From the human T2T-CHM13v2.0 reference genome, Homo sapiens, in NCBI RefSeq assembly GCF_009914755.1, contig NC_060932.1: 64,000 bases of DNA; one strand, given 5' to 3'. Position numbers and translations under genes: made by a program. Under the pieces are notes generated by a model, which saw only the letters and a list, made by a program, of their open reading frames with translations, was not told the DNA's origin and searched no databases. How positions within the stretch are numbered: position 1 is the first letter of the stretch; every line of letters begins with the position of its first letter. Below, one piece after another: positions 1-13,300 of this stretch.

Positions 1-39
1 TTTAAGTCTTTTGGTTTGAGGTTTTAGTTAAAGGGATTT

Positions 40-150
40 TTATTACAGCACTCTCATAAGATTATTTCGATAATTAAGTGAACTAATACTTTGTAAAGGG
101 CTTTGAATGGAGTGCCTGATGTGTAGTAATTGTTCAGTAAACTCTAGTGA
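40..150 (+). mobile_element. MIR SINE relic (3' part)
   Basis: Degenerate MIR-like tail: ...aattaagtgaactaatac...gtaaagggctt...gtgcctgatgtgtagtaa...cagtaaa. Confidence 0.55.
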
Positions 151-874
151 TTATATCTTTAATTATACTGGTTTTTATAGGCCTGGCAAGTTAATTAATG
201 GTTGATGAGCAACTGGCTAGCTACCAGGCCTTTTGGCTTTTTACCTACTGCTTATTCTACCTGAATGAGCTTTTGTTGACTGATATTTATATGTACAAAT
301 TTGGTATACATTCAAACTGAGTGTTTTTCATCTACATGCTTATAGATTTATGCATAGATTTTTATTTGAACTGTGCACACAACTGTTCAAATATGGATTT
401 TGAGATCATCTCGTTAAATCATGTCTTCCAGATTATAAATCATACTTTATTAATGTTTCCTATTGATTTTTCATATAACTTTTTATATCCCTTCAAGGGA
501 CATCTATAACTAAGTACTGAGGTAAGACTATCGAGGGAGAATTCGATTTCTCTTGCCACTCACTTTACTTTGCATCAAGTTGAACTCTCATATAATGTCT
601 TACAGAAGATTAAAAATTAACGGTTTCTCATGAAAATATTGACTAGAAACATTTTCCTATTACAAATCAATGATTGTCAGCGCACAAATTTCAGTAACTA
701 AATAATTTTTATTTGAATCACTAATTCTCTTTACTGTTATTGTGAGCTAAGATTGCATGTATTTTGTTAATATTCAGAAACTGTATTTTGTTGATATTCA
801 GAAAGCACTGTTAAACTTGTTTAAATAAGGAGAATTTAGAAATTAAAGAAGAGGTGATTTTCACAGTGTTACAC

Positions 875-1450
875 GCATTCATCAGGTATTTACTGAGCAC
901 CCTGTTTCAAACAAAAGAGACATGGTGGTGAAATAGACATACAAGCTTCTGTTCTCATAGAACTTACATGTGGAAGAGATAGATAATAACGGAGTAAAGA
1001 AGCGAGCAGATTAATAAGTAGGACAACTTCAGGCGGCATGTGTGTTGAAATCCTACAGAGCAATAGGAAATATTTATGAGGAAGTGCTAATAACACTTGC
1101 TGCTGAATTGGGTGTGGGTGTGGCAGGAATGAAGAACTACTGTTTTTGACTTTGCTTGTAGATGGATGGTGATGCTATTCACTCATATAGGGAATCCCTA
1201 TTTACTGACTTAGGGAGCAGGCTCAGAAAAGAAGGTAAATCAAGTATCCTAGTCTGGGCCGTTGAATTTTAGACACCTTTGAGGTTATCCATGGGAGTTA
1301 GATTGATCACCTTGTCACTCAGGGGAGGGTCTTGGCTGGACATCCACATTTGTGAGTCAAGGGGCAGTAGATGAAAGCGCAGAAATATCTGCCTGGGAGG
1401 TATAGTCACCTTACTGTCTTGAGCAGTTTGAGGGAATCCCAACATTAAGA
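875..1450 (-). mobile_element. L2 LINE relic
   Basis: Starts with cattcatc..atttactgagcacc, the reverse complement of the L2 3' end, followed by degenerate L2-like sequence. Confidence 0.6.
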
Positions 1451-1452
1451 CT

Positions 1453-1702
1453 TTAAGACCAGCCTGACCAACATGATGAAACCCCGTCTCTACTAAAAAT
1501 ACAAAAATTAGCGGGATGTGGTGGTGCACGCCTGTAATCCTAGCTACTCAGGTGGCTGAGGCAGGAGAATTGCTTGAATCCGGGAGGTGGAGGTTGCAGT
1601 GAGTCAAGATTGAGCCACGACATTCCAGCCTGGGTGACAGAGTGAGACTCTATCTAAAACAAACAAACAAACAAACAAACAAACACCCAAACCAAAAAAA
1701 AA
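1453..1702 (+). mobile_element. 5'-truncated Alu (AluS-like) with (AAAC)n tail
   Basis: aagaccagcctgaccaacat..ctactaaaaatacaaaaatt linker, full right monomer, (aaac)n tail; ctttaa present on both flanks. Confidence 0.95.
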
Positions 1703-3179
1703 CTTTAAAAGATTGGGGCATGAGAAAATTCTAACCTCCCTCAGGAACAGAATCAAATATCCTCCTACTGCCCCATTTCCTATTGCTTAGTCTCACTGTA
1801 ATCCTCAACAGAAACAGCCTCTTCCCTTGCAGTGGCCCATCCTTGATGCCTGGCAGTGTCCCACACCTTTCCTAGCCACCTGAATGCTACTGCACTCTTA
1901 TACAAAAATAATTATATAAATCTATGGAATATTGTGATGCCCCAAACTCAAGCCACTGTTACATTTGTATCATCAGTCTTCATTTTTGAGCTTTTATGCT
2001 CCCTCAAATCTTTCCAACATGCGTTGGTTGTCCCAGATTCTGTCCTTATGTGGGCTGGCAAAGGAATAGTGAGCAGCATAAAAAAGAGTTTGGTTTTCTT
2101 CCCTCTATAATAAGAACAAAGAAACTGGGAGTGGTCAGATAGTGTAAAACTAGCTCAATGGCTTCATGTAATTATTGAATATCCTGTCCTCAGCAAGCAG
2201 GAGTCAGGACTCAGAGCTGGGTTCCTGGGGCTAGGCCTGGGAGCAAGGTGTGTCAAGTGATATAGGGTAGTCCCACTTCAATGGAGTTGAGGTCAGAAGC
2301 TGAACAGAGAGCCAGGAGAAAGGTTTTGAAATAACCATTTTGATATAGCCTCTTTGGTACCGTTGGTATATTGTGGTCCTGAAAAAAAAGGTCATCTAAA
2401 CAAATATTTACCAAGCAATAATTACTTCATCCCCTAATTGTCACTTCATTCCTCACATGCAGAGCCACAAAATGTCCATAGCATCAAAAGATCCCCTGAA
2501 AATATTACATAACAGATCTAAGAGATAACTTCAAGAGTGGAATTAGCATTAAACCTGATAGCACAGGGAAAGCCCCAATGTGAGAGAGTGAATTAGACGG
2601 TCCAAGACAAGGCACATGGAATCAGGTTGGAAACTGGAGCACCAGAGCAGAGACAAGTGTTCTGAATTAGGAGGTGCTGGGTGTGATATGGAGTTGGAGG
2701 GATTATCTGAGCCTCAGGGAAGGGTCGTGCTATCTTTTGCCTAGCACCCATGGCCTTGCATGGCTGTGGAGTAACTGGTAAGCCCTCAGCTCAGTCAGGA
2801 CCCAGAATCACTCTGGTTTTCTTACCTCATGCTGCTTTATCCCTTCTCTTGTCTTTTCATCCCATTTGAGCTCCTGACCAACTGGAAGAGAGTTCCTACC
2901 ACAGAAAGAAAGGCAGCCAAGAACACAATGTCCCGACCTAGCTCTTGGAAGTACTAAATTTCATCACGGAAACCACAGCCTCAAGGACAGAGGACTTATC
3001 CAGAGTCATCAAATCTATCGGTATTTTTCCAAATTCTGTAGATTTACATGAAGAGGTAATATAGTTATTTAAAAGTAAAGTATTTTAAAGGACTTGAAGT
3101 TATGGGTAATATCAGTTCATTCCTATGAATGTAGTGACTTCCAAGCAGGCCAAAGAGATGGTATTAAAAAATAGAATTT

Positions 3180-4577
3180 AGCTTTTTGGACTATAGGTGG
3201 TGAGCCTGAAACCTGGGTTCTCAGTAAGGAACTGGCAGTGTTTAATGATGATCAGGAAGAATGCATTTGGCAGGAGATTTTCTTACATTAGCAGAAGTCT
3301 CAAACGAGGGAGAAAAAAGCCCAGATAAGATTCTTACAATAATTTCTATGGAGGGAGATAATTGTAACATAGAAAAATACTAGTAAGAAGAAATGCCCAT
3401 TAAATCTAAGGAGTAAACAAAAAGAAAGAATATTGGAAACAGCACAAGCTATATCAGTCACACCAAACTAATCACATTTTCTTTCCTTGTACATACACAT
3501 CAAACAGTAAATGAGAATCAGAGTATTCCTTAGTTGCAAGAGGAATTTATACAACTCTTTCATAGTTTCCCTTTATGGATAAAGTGTACAAATAAGATCT
3601 GATAGCGTAGCTAGGTGGATTCACACCAGAGAGTGTATATTTCTGTTCCTCCAAAAGAAGTCTCTGGAAGCAGCCCAGAGATCATTTCTTCATCAGGGCC
3701 TCCGTAAAATTTTACTGAGGAGTTATATTGAGTCATAAATCATATCCCATCCAACTCTGTGACTGACTCAAAATCCAAAATTAACTGCAAATACTAAAAT
3801 AATAGAACTAAGATTGAAAATGATATGAACAGGCTAAAAGAAAGGCTTAAAACCTCTGAGATAAATTGTAGCAATGATAAACATAATGGTCTGCAGTTAG
3901 CTTCAGAAAGTCAGCTGGCTTAGTGCAGAATGGGAAGGCCAGAAGTCAAGCAGTAAAAAGATCTAGGAGGGTTAGGGTAACTACAAGTTCAATGTGAGCT
4001 GACAGCATGACCTGGTTGTGAAAATAAGAACACCTGATCTTAGATTGCACCAATAAAAGCATCATGTGGTAAGAAATGAAAACAGAGTCCAGTGTACTCT
4101 CGTCCGTGTAAATTATAAACGTATCTGGAGTACAGTATTGAGTTTGGGTGCCAAATAGGTTTAACTATGTCAACCAAGATAATAAGGTTCTAGAAGTCTT
4201 ATCATGAGAGGAACAAATGAGGCAAAGGAGAATATTTTGCTCAAAAGTAAGAGAACAATTGTGTTCAAACATATTTGAGGACTTTCAGGCTTCATGGAAA
4301 AGAAAATCAATCTATTCTCTTTGGCTTCAGAGCATAATACAGTAGAATTTTTTTAAAGGCAAATGTAACGTTGGTTAAAAGGAGAGCTTTCTAATAATTT
4401 CAGCTGTCCCATGATGCTCTAGGCTGGCTCATATGCTAGTGAGATTCCCATGCCCGGAGTTCTAAGTTTAGGTTGAATTACCCCCATCCAGTGCTGCTAT
4501 AGGAAATTCCACCTTGTGAAAGATTAGACTGGAAATTCTCAAATCTTCCCTCCATCTCTGAGAGTCCATAATTCTAT
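3180..4577 (+). mobile_element. L3/CR1 LINE relic (RT region to 3' end)
   Basis: CR1-like segments atcttagattgcaccaataaaagcat, gtactct..atctggagtacagtattgagtttgggtgcca and L3/MIR3-type end ctttctaataat..ataattcta. Confidence 0.7.
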
Positions 4578-4640
4578 TTCTTATCCCCATTGTAGAGCTG
4601 CCACTTTTAGTTAAAATGTAGCTGTGTTCCTATTTTAAAA

Positions 4641-4710
4641 AGTGTGTGTATATGTATGTATGTATGTATGCAAGTATGTGTCCAAGTGTGAATGTGCTTG
4701 TATGTGTGCA
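4641..4710. repeat. Degenerate (TG)n/(TATG)n microsatellite
   Basis: gtgtgtgtatatgtatgtatgtatgtatg... Confidence 0.8.
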
Positions 4711-6154
4711 AATACCCACACAGCCATGCACATACCTGCTGGAGCCAGTGCCACACCATGGAGATGGAACACAGATGGAGAGAACATGACATTCCATCCC
4801 CTTTACTTCTGTGATGCACAGCACCTCCTCTCTATAGTTTTGTGTCTAAAGTCACTCCCTTGGGTGCAGTGGGATCCATTCTTATCACCTGGTCTATGCT
4901 CAGCTGAAACTGAGCTTAATGAACAGGGGACACATAAACACAACAGGAGAGCTTTAGAGCTGGCAAAAATGAACTAAAACCTAAGCTAAACCCTCGCATC
5001 TAAATTTCTTCTATGAAACTTTTTAGTCAATAACATTTTTATAAGAACCAAAAAAGGCATTTTTTCAAAATACAAAACTGCTGGAAATAGGCATGTTCTG
5101 AGATGGGGAATCCTGGACATTGCTGCATTTTAAGCCAAGCAATTTCACTGTGTCTTCTGGAAAAACAAATACTTTTTATTTTCTTCATAAAGCTGTAAAA
5201 TATTTTCACAGAATGCAGCTCAGAAAGAAAGAATATTTCTAACATTTCTCATTTCTATAGAATGTCCATGAGGTTTTTATCTTTTCTGATTTTGTCAGAG
5301 GTAAGGATTTTTTTTTCATATTGCTGCAATTTCAACCTTTTGAACATTAAGCAGATATAAATTATCTACAAGGCTAAAAAGTCTTTGATTAACAAGCTAG
5401 GGAATTGCAGGTATTAAAATTGCCCCCCAGAGGGAGCCCATATCGTTCCATGAATGCACTAGACATCTACTTTGAATTACAAAGAAAAATTAATTAAAAA
5501 GTATATGTTTATAAGTAATGTGCATTCCCCTGAGTTCATTCTAAAAGCCACATATATGCGGAATCTAATAAAAATTAAATTACGTTAGCTGCATATTTTA
5601 CTTCAGCAACATGAGGAAAAAGATACAAGCAGGTGCAACCTAATGTTTCGTTCAAGAGAGCTTCCTCAGTGCCCCAACAGATCTGAATGGATTTTAATAC
5701 TTGACACCCACCAGAGAATTCTGTGTGAGGTGGAAACAAGGACTGCAGCTACCTTACGAAGGGTGATTCGTTGTCCCTGTGAACAGCTCTGCTTCCAACC
5801 CAACTATCTGCCATACACTGAATTATTATGACCATGTCCACACTGGTTCTGCAGAGTTGGTGGATAGAAAGATTTAGCAGGCTTGATTTATAAAGCGTCC
5901 TCTACGATGGGAAATAGCAGGCAGCCCTGCTGATTGTTGGCCATTTTAACAAGTCCAACCTCAGGCAAAGAATTTCCTTTACAACTCGTCTGTCAGACAG
6001 TGTGGCCTTAGTAGCATCTTTAGGTGTATATGGGTCTAGAAGCAATAAAAGTGTTATGACATCCAACACTTTCCCATATTTGGTTTATTCCATAGATATC
6101 TCATTTCGTTAGCTTTTTGTGTCTTTTTTCCCTCCCTGTGCTTTTTCTCTTTCA

Positions 6155-6168
6155 GTTACCATGGAAAC
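6155..6168. promoter_or_regulatory. Candidate RFX X-box, overlapping a possible splice acceptor
   Basis: GTTACCATGGAAAC closely matches the palindromic X-box consensus GTTRCCATGGYAAC; lies in non-repeat DNA; function not shown. Confidence 0.4.
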
Positions 6169-9100
6169 AATTTCCCTGGTAGGGGAGGAGCCTAATGGCA
6201 TCCAGGAGTGTGAAGTAAAGTCAATTTATATCGTGGTTTGTGAAATATTGGGAGTTTGTAATGGTTGTTATCACCACATATGGTAAATCAATCTCTCCCT
6301 AGAGCAAATTTCTAAATATTGATATAAGTATGGGAGTGATGGAATTATATAGAATCATGCATCTCAGCAACTTGCATAGCAACCTTGAAGATGTACATGT
6401 CTATTTTGTCTTGCTTATATAAATAAAATATAGAAAATAGATAAATTGTATTATTTATATTTTTAATATATTTTAAATTCTCCAAAGGCATCCATTGGCC
6501 CCTAACAAAATGTATATGGTTGTTTTAATTATACGAATTAAAGAAGTCCTGTCTAATCACTTAAAAAGTTTGTATGTGTGTGTAAATGTGTAATTTTTTA
6601 CATGTAGCTTATATATAGCATAGTAGCTATGCCATCTTCACTCTCACCACTATCATTCTCACTTTAAATCAACTGGTATTTGGATAACCATGTTAATTCA
6701 GAAAATGCAGGCTTTAAAACTTTGTCAAAACATGAGCATTTCACATAAGCAAGTAAGGTGATTACATTTTCAGGTTTTAAAATAGCCTGGTTTGTCCCCC
6801 TTGTCTAACCAAAATTTGTTTATTTGGTTTCGCTTGTAGCTTTTTCTGCTTTCTGTTTTCTCTGAAAGAGCCGTGAATGATGAGACGACAAAATATTGGA
6901 TTATTTGTGCTCTTGAAACAGATGCCACCTGAGTTGTGACAGGTATTTTAAGTATAATCTTCTGCATTCACTTAACACTCTCATTTGAAAATTTTCAAAC
7001 CTTGGGCATATTCTTGTTCATTTACCACTGAAATGAGTCACCTCTTGGGTGTGAAGAGAAAGCTAGGAATAAAATGGGAACAAGGAATGCAGGTGTAAGG
7101 GAACAGTAACAGAGAAATCGGAAGTATCTTGCAAAGTTTAACTGGCTCCAAATGCAGATGTAGAACAACCAGGGAGAGTGGGATAGTTTGATTTTTTTTT
7201 TTCCTGAAAGAGCACCCTACATTAACGTCAATAAACATAGAAATTATGGCTTTAGCTGACATTTTAGCAGCAAGCATTCTTCTTAAAATATTTCTGTTTG
7301 GTACTGTACTCACATGTTTCCCTGCTGTGGAACATGGTCAGAGGCTGGCTGCATCTTTGAAATGTTGTGTAATCTCATTCTCTTTTTGGATTTGGGAAAG
7401 TACTTAATATTTTAGTATCTTTTAAGATAAAGATGATTTAGTTTGAAAAGGGTAGCTGGGGAAAAAAAATTTAAAGTAAACCTTCTCAAATATGGTTTGA
7501 AATTTTTACAAATATAATTTTAAGAACTAGAAAATGAAATTCTATGCATTTAAAGACAAGAAGGGGAAGACTGGAGGGAGGGGATGGAAGAAAGTCCAGG
7601 GTGATTGTTTGACTTATTTTAAAAAGTGCCTCTGATTTCAGGAGAAATTAGGAGTCACAACTCTCAATATCATGGTATTTCTTCTTTCTCCTGCCCCAAG
7701 AAATGCTGTTTAAAGAGGAACCACCATTTCTTCCTTGCTTTGTTTATATCATAAAAGTTGGTTTTCCAATTGCCTCTAAAGAGTAAATTCAGTGATATGT
7801 TTGTTGCAATGTTATGGAATCTGACACACCCAAAGAGCAGGTTCAGAACAGTGCCTGCATCCTGTACAGGTTGGAGAAGTGAGCCCCCACCCAGAGAAGG
7901 CCTGAGGCTGGTGCACAGAGCATGAGGCACACTAGCCAGGCTGAGTTGGGAGAATAGTCTTTGCTTCTGAGATCAGTTATTATGCAAGAAGGGCTTGATA
8001 ATCCAATTCTCCTTCCAGAGAAACATGTTTCGGCACAGCCGAGATGTTCAGAGTGATCATTTTCCCAGAGCAGACAGATGATGTCCAGCCTTGTCTTTGA
8101 TAGATTTTACAACACATAGTATAAAAATAAAGAACTTATTTGCTACATCTGCCAGCTTCACTGTGTGCCCATCTTCACTATTGGATAAATCCAGTGGATT
8201 TTTTTTTTTCACACACATGCTTTTTATTCTCATTTTTAATTATCTATAAGCCTGGAACTGTGCCTGAAATGAGGCAAAGCTGTGGCTGGGCCATTCATCT
8301 ACTCTGGAGGTAAATCATGGCAGGAAGAGGTGTGTCTTCCTTGGCTCTTTTCTCTGATAGAACATAGGCCAGCAATGATATTCATTTGGATCTCTCCAGT
8401 GAGAGCCAATTTTGGTATCGGCATATATCAGAGAACAGATGCTATTGCTCAGTGTATTTTTACTGTTTTAAACAAGGCCAATGAAATCAGGATATTTACC
8501 ATTGTCTCAGCACCATAGCGTAGGCGATACCCATCAGGCAGGAGATAAGGATGTTAATTTAGGGAATATCTGAATTCATGACTCAAGGTTAATGAAAGAG
8601 AGAATATTGGTTTTGCTTATTTTCCCCCTTTTTAAAATGAGAAACTTGCACTTTTTAACAATACAGCATTTAATAAGTAAAATTAGAAAGAGTCCAAAAT
8701 TCTCTCTCTGTGTTTGTCAATTGTTTGTTTGGCTTTGGTTTTAAATAGATATGGATCATGAATGATTTGAGAAAAAGGAAATATTCAGGAGCTTGAATAT
8801 GGTGCAGAGCATAGTTCATTGTCTTCTTCAAAAATGCTTCTGACCACAAACATGGGTAGATTCATGCACAGCAAGCCAGAAGGAGATACCTCACTTTCTA
8901 ATTTTTGGTTACGGTGCCTTGGTGATCTGCACCTAATTCATGTTAGCTTCATTTCTATGCCTCCTATTTAAAAGATTTGCAATTTCTTCTGAACCTATGG
9001 ATTATATTGAAGGAAATTTAAAAAAATAAAGATCTGCAATTTACCTCAGAACATCCAGCTCCACTTATGAGTTGGAGCAATGGAGACCCTTTCTTCTCCT

Positions 9101-10332
9101 CGTGGCAAGAGAGACATAGTGGACAGATTTAGGTAGTAAGAGAAAGGGCATTCTGATGCCCAGGAAATCAGTGAAAGGATGAAGACAGAGAAGGGATTAA
9201 AGTGGTAGGTATAAATAAATGAGTTGGAATTACAAAAAGGAAGACATCATAAAGACAGAAACAGGCAAGTCTGGGATGCACAGGATGAGAGGCCTTATGA
9301 GTAGATGTGTGAGCGTCATGCCATGAACACTGCCAGGGTGTCCAGAGATGCTCCAGATGGGTGTTTGCTGCATGATGCAGGGGCAAGCCCAGGATGGAAT
9401 TGGCAAGCTAAGAAGACCAAGCAGCATCTGAGTTCTTATAATTCGGTTAGGTCTGATTTTCTTTCTAATTAAACTCTTTTATATTAAGGTAATTTTAAAT
9501 TCACATACAATTACATGAAAGAATACAGAGAGTTCATATATTCTTTATCCAGGTTCTCCTAGTGATAACATCACACAGAACTGTAGTACAGTATCCCAAT
9601 CAAGACATCGTTATTGAAATAGTTAATATGCAGAATATTTTCATCACCATCAGATCCTTCAGGTGGCCATTGTCTACTCACATCTGTTTTCATTCCTCCC
9701 CATCCTTTCCTTACCCTTGGTAACCACTACTCTTTATTTCTATAATTTTGTCATTTCTATTATGTTACATAATAGTATCATATAGTATGTAACCTTTGGG
9801 TATTGAGTATTTTTTCTCAGCATCATTCTCTGGAGATTCATTCAGGTTGTTTTATGTATCAATAATCTGTGCCTTTTTATTGCTAAATAGTATTTCATGG
9901 TGTGAATGTACTGACTCTTTAATCGTTCACCCACCTAAAGACATCTGAGTTTTTTCCAGTTTTGGTCTGCTATAAATTACTAGCCAAAATAATTCATAGT
10001 TTATAAATAAGCTTCTATAAACTTTACATACAGGTTTCATGTAAATGTAAGTCATTGTTTGTCTAGGGTAAGTATCCAGGAGTACAATTGCTAGGTTGTG
10101 TAGTAGTTGCATGTTGAAATTTTTAAGAAATAACAAAACTGTTTCCAAAATGGCTGTATTATTTCACATTCCCACCATGAGTGCATGAGTGACTCAGTTT
10201 CTATGCATCCTTACCAGGTTTTGGTGTAGTAACTATTTTTTATACTAGCGATTCTGTTTGGTATGGAGTAATAACTTGTTGTGGTTTTTAATTTGCATTT
10301 CCCCATTGGCTAATGCTATTGATCATCTTTTC

Positions 10333-13300
10333 TTTTTTTTATTTCCAACTTTTATTTTAAGTTCAGTGGTACATATGCAGGATGTGCAGGTTTGGTACAT
10401 AGGTAAACATATGCCATGGTGATTTACCGCACAGATCATCCCCATCACCCAGGCATTAAGCGCAGCACCCATTAGCTATTCTTCCTGATGCTCTCCCTCC
10501 TCCCACCCCTCACCCTCTGAGAGTGTGTGTTGCTCTTCCTACCAAGTGTCCATGTGTTCTCATAATTCAGCTCCCACTTATAAGTAAGAGTATGTGGAAT
10601 CTGGTTTTCTGTTCCTGTGTTAGTTTGCTAAGGATAATGGCTCCCAGCTCCATCCATGTTCTTGCAAAGGACATGATCGCATTCCTTTTTATGGTTGTAT
10701 AGTATTCCATGGTGTACATGTACCAAATTTTCTTCATCCAGTCTATCATTGATCAGCATTTAGGTTGGTTCCATGTCTTTACTATTGTGAATAGTGCTGC
10801 AATGAACATATGCATACATGTATCTTTATAATATAATGATTTATATTCCTTTGGCGATATACACTGTAATGGGATTGCTGCATCAAATGGTATTTCTGCC
10901 TCTAGATCTTTGAGGAATCATCACCCTTTCTTCCACAATAGTTTAACTAATTTACACTCCCACCAACAGTGTAAAAGCGTTCATTTTTCTTCATAACCTT
11001 ACCAGTATCTGTGGTTTCCTGACTTTTTAATGGTTGCCCTTCTAACTGGTGTGAGATGGTATTTCACTGTGGTTTTGATTTGCATTTCTCTAATGACCAG
11101 TGATGATGAGCTTTTTTTCATATGTTTGTTGCCCGCATAAATGTCTTCTTTTGAGAAGTGACTGTTCATATCCTTTGCCTACTTTTTGATGAGGTTGTTT
11201 TATTTCTTGTAAATTTGCTTAAGTTCCTTGTAGATTCTGGATATTAGCCCTTTGTCAGATGGATAGATTTCAAAAATGTTCTCCCATTCTGTAGGTTGCC
11301 TGTTTACTCTGATGATAGTTTCTTTTGCTGTGCAGAAGCTCTTTAGTTTAATTAGATCCCATTTGTCAATTTTGGCTTTTGTTGCAATTGCTTTTGGTGT
11401 CTTTGTCACAAAATCTTTGCCCGTGCCTCTGTCCTGATGGTATTTACTAGGTTTTCTTCTAGAGTTTTAAAGTTTGGGGTTTTACATTTAAGTATTTAAT
11501 CCATCTTGAGTTGATTTTTGTATAAGGTGTAAGGAAGGTGTCTAGTTTCAATTTTCTGCATGTAGCAAACCAGATCTTCCAGCATGATTTATTAATTAGG
11601 GAATCATTTCCCATTGCTTCTTTGTGTCAGGTTTGTCAAAGATCAAATGGTTGTAGTTGTTCTGTCTTATTTCTGGGTTCTTTATTTGGTTCCATTGATC
11701 TATGTGTTTGTTCTTGTACAAGTCCATGTTGTTCTGGTTACTGCAGCCCTGTAGAATAGAAAGTTGGGTAGCATGATGCCTCCAGCTTTAATCATTTTTC
11801 TTAGGGTTGTCTTGGCTATTTGGGCTCATTTTGGTTCCACATGAGTTCTAAAATATTTTTTTCTAATTCTGTGAAGAATGTCAATGGTAGTTTTATGGGA
11901 ATCTATCAATCGTTTTGGGTAGTATGGCCATTTTCACAATTTGATTCTTTCTATCCATGAGCATGGAATGTTTTTCTATTTGTTTGTGTTATTTCTGATT
12001 TCTTTGGGCAGTGGTTTGTAGTTCTCCCTGAAGAGATCCTTAACTTTCCTTGTTAGCTGTATTTGAGGTATTTTATTCTTTTTTGTGGGAATTGTGAATG
12101 GGAGTTCATTTGTGATTTTGCTCTTGGCTTGCTTGTTGGTGGTGTATAGGAATGCTAGAAATATTTGCATATTGATCCTAAGACTTTTTTGAAGTTGCTT
12201 ATCATTGCTTTTGGGCTGAGACGATGGGGTTTTCTAGATGTAGGATCATGTCATCTGCAAACAAAAATAGTTTGACTACCTCTCTTCCTATTTGAATACC
12301 TTTATTTCTTTCTTTTGCCTGATTGCCCAGCCAGAACTTCCAATACTATGTTGAATAGGAGTGGTGAGAGAGAAAAACTTTGTCTTGTGCTGGTTTTTCA
12401 CAGGGAATATGTCTAGTTTTTGTCCATTCAGTATGATGTTGGCTGAGGGTTTGTCATATATGGCTCTTATTATTTTGAGGTATGTTCCTTCAATACCTAG
12501 TTTTTTGAGAGTTTTTAATATGAAAGGATGTTAAATTTTATTGAAGGCCTTTACTGCATCTAGTGAGATAATCATGTGGTTTTTATCTTTAGTTTTGTTT
12601 ATGTGATGTGATGAATCGCATTTATTTATTTGCATATGTTGAAGCAGCCTTGCATCCCAGGAATGAAGCCTACTTGATTGTGGTGGATAAACTTTTTGAT
12701 GTGCTGCTGGATTTGGTTTGCCAATATTTTGTTGAGGATTTTTGCATTGATGTTCATCAAAGATATTGACCTGAAGTTTTCTTTTTTGTTGTACCTCTGC
12801 CAGGTTTTGGTATCAGTATGATGCTGGCCTCATAGAGTGATTTAGGGAGGAGTCCCTTCTCCTCAATTTTTTGCAATAGTTTCAGTAGAAATGGTACCAG
12901 CTCTTCCTTGTACCTCTGGTAGAATTCAGCTGTAAATCTATCTGGTCCTGGGCTTATTTTTGGTTGGTAGGCTATTTATTACCTCAATCTCAAAACCTGT
13001 TATTGGTCTATTCAGGGATTTAACTTCTTCCAGGTTGAGTCTTGGTAGAATGTATGTGTCCAGGAATTTATCCATTTCCTCTAGCTTTTCTGATTTGTGA
13101 GGATAGAGGTGTTCCTAGTAGTTTCTGATTGTTATTTTTATTTCTTGTGGGGTCAGTGGTAACATTCTCTTCATTATTTCTAACTGTGCTTATTTGAAAC
13201 TTCTCTCTTCTTTATTAGTCTAGCTAGCAGTCTATATATTTTATTAATTTTTTCAAAAAAATAGCTCCTGAATTCATTGATTTTTTTGAAAGGTTTTTCG

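Noticed and set aside
1187-1201. Palindrome ataggga-a-tccctat resembling an NF-kB site
   Set aside because: Short, inside an L2 relic and plausible by chance in 64 kb.
4607-4977. His/Thr- or Cys/Val-rich ORFs
   Set aside because: Translations of a TG/TATG microsatellite.
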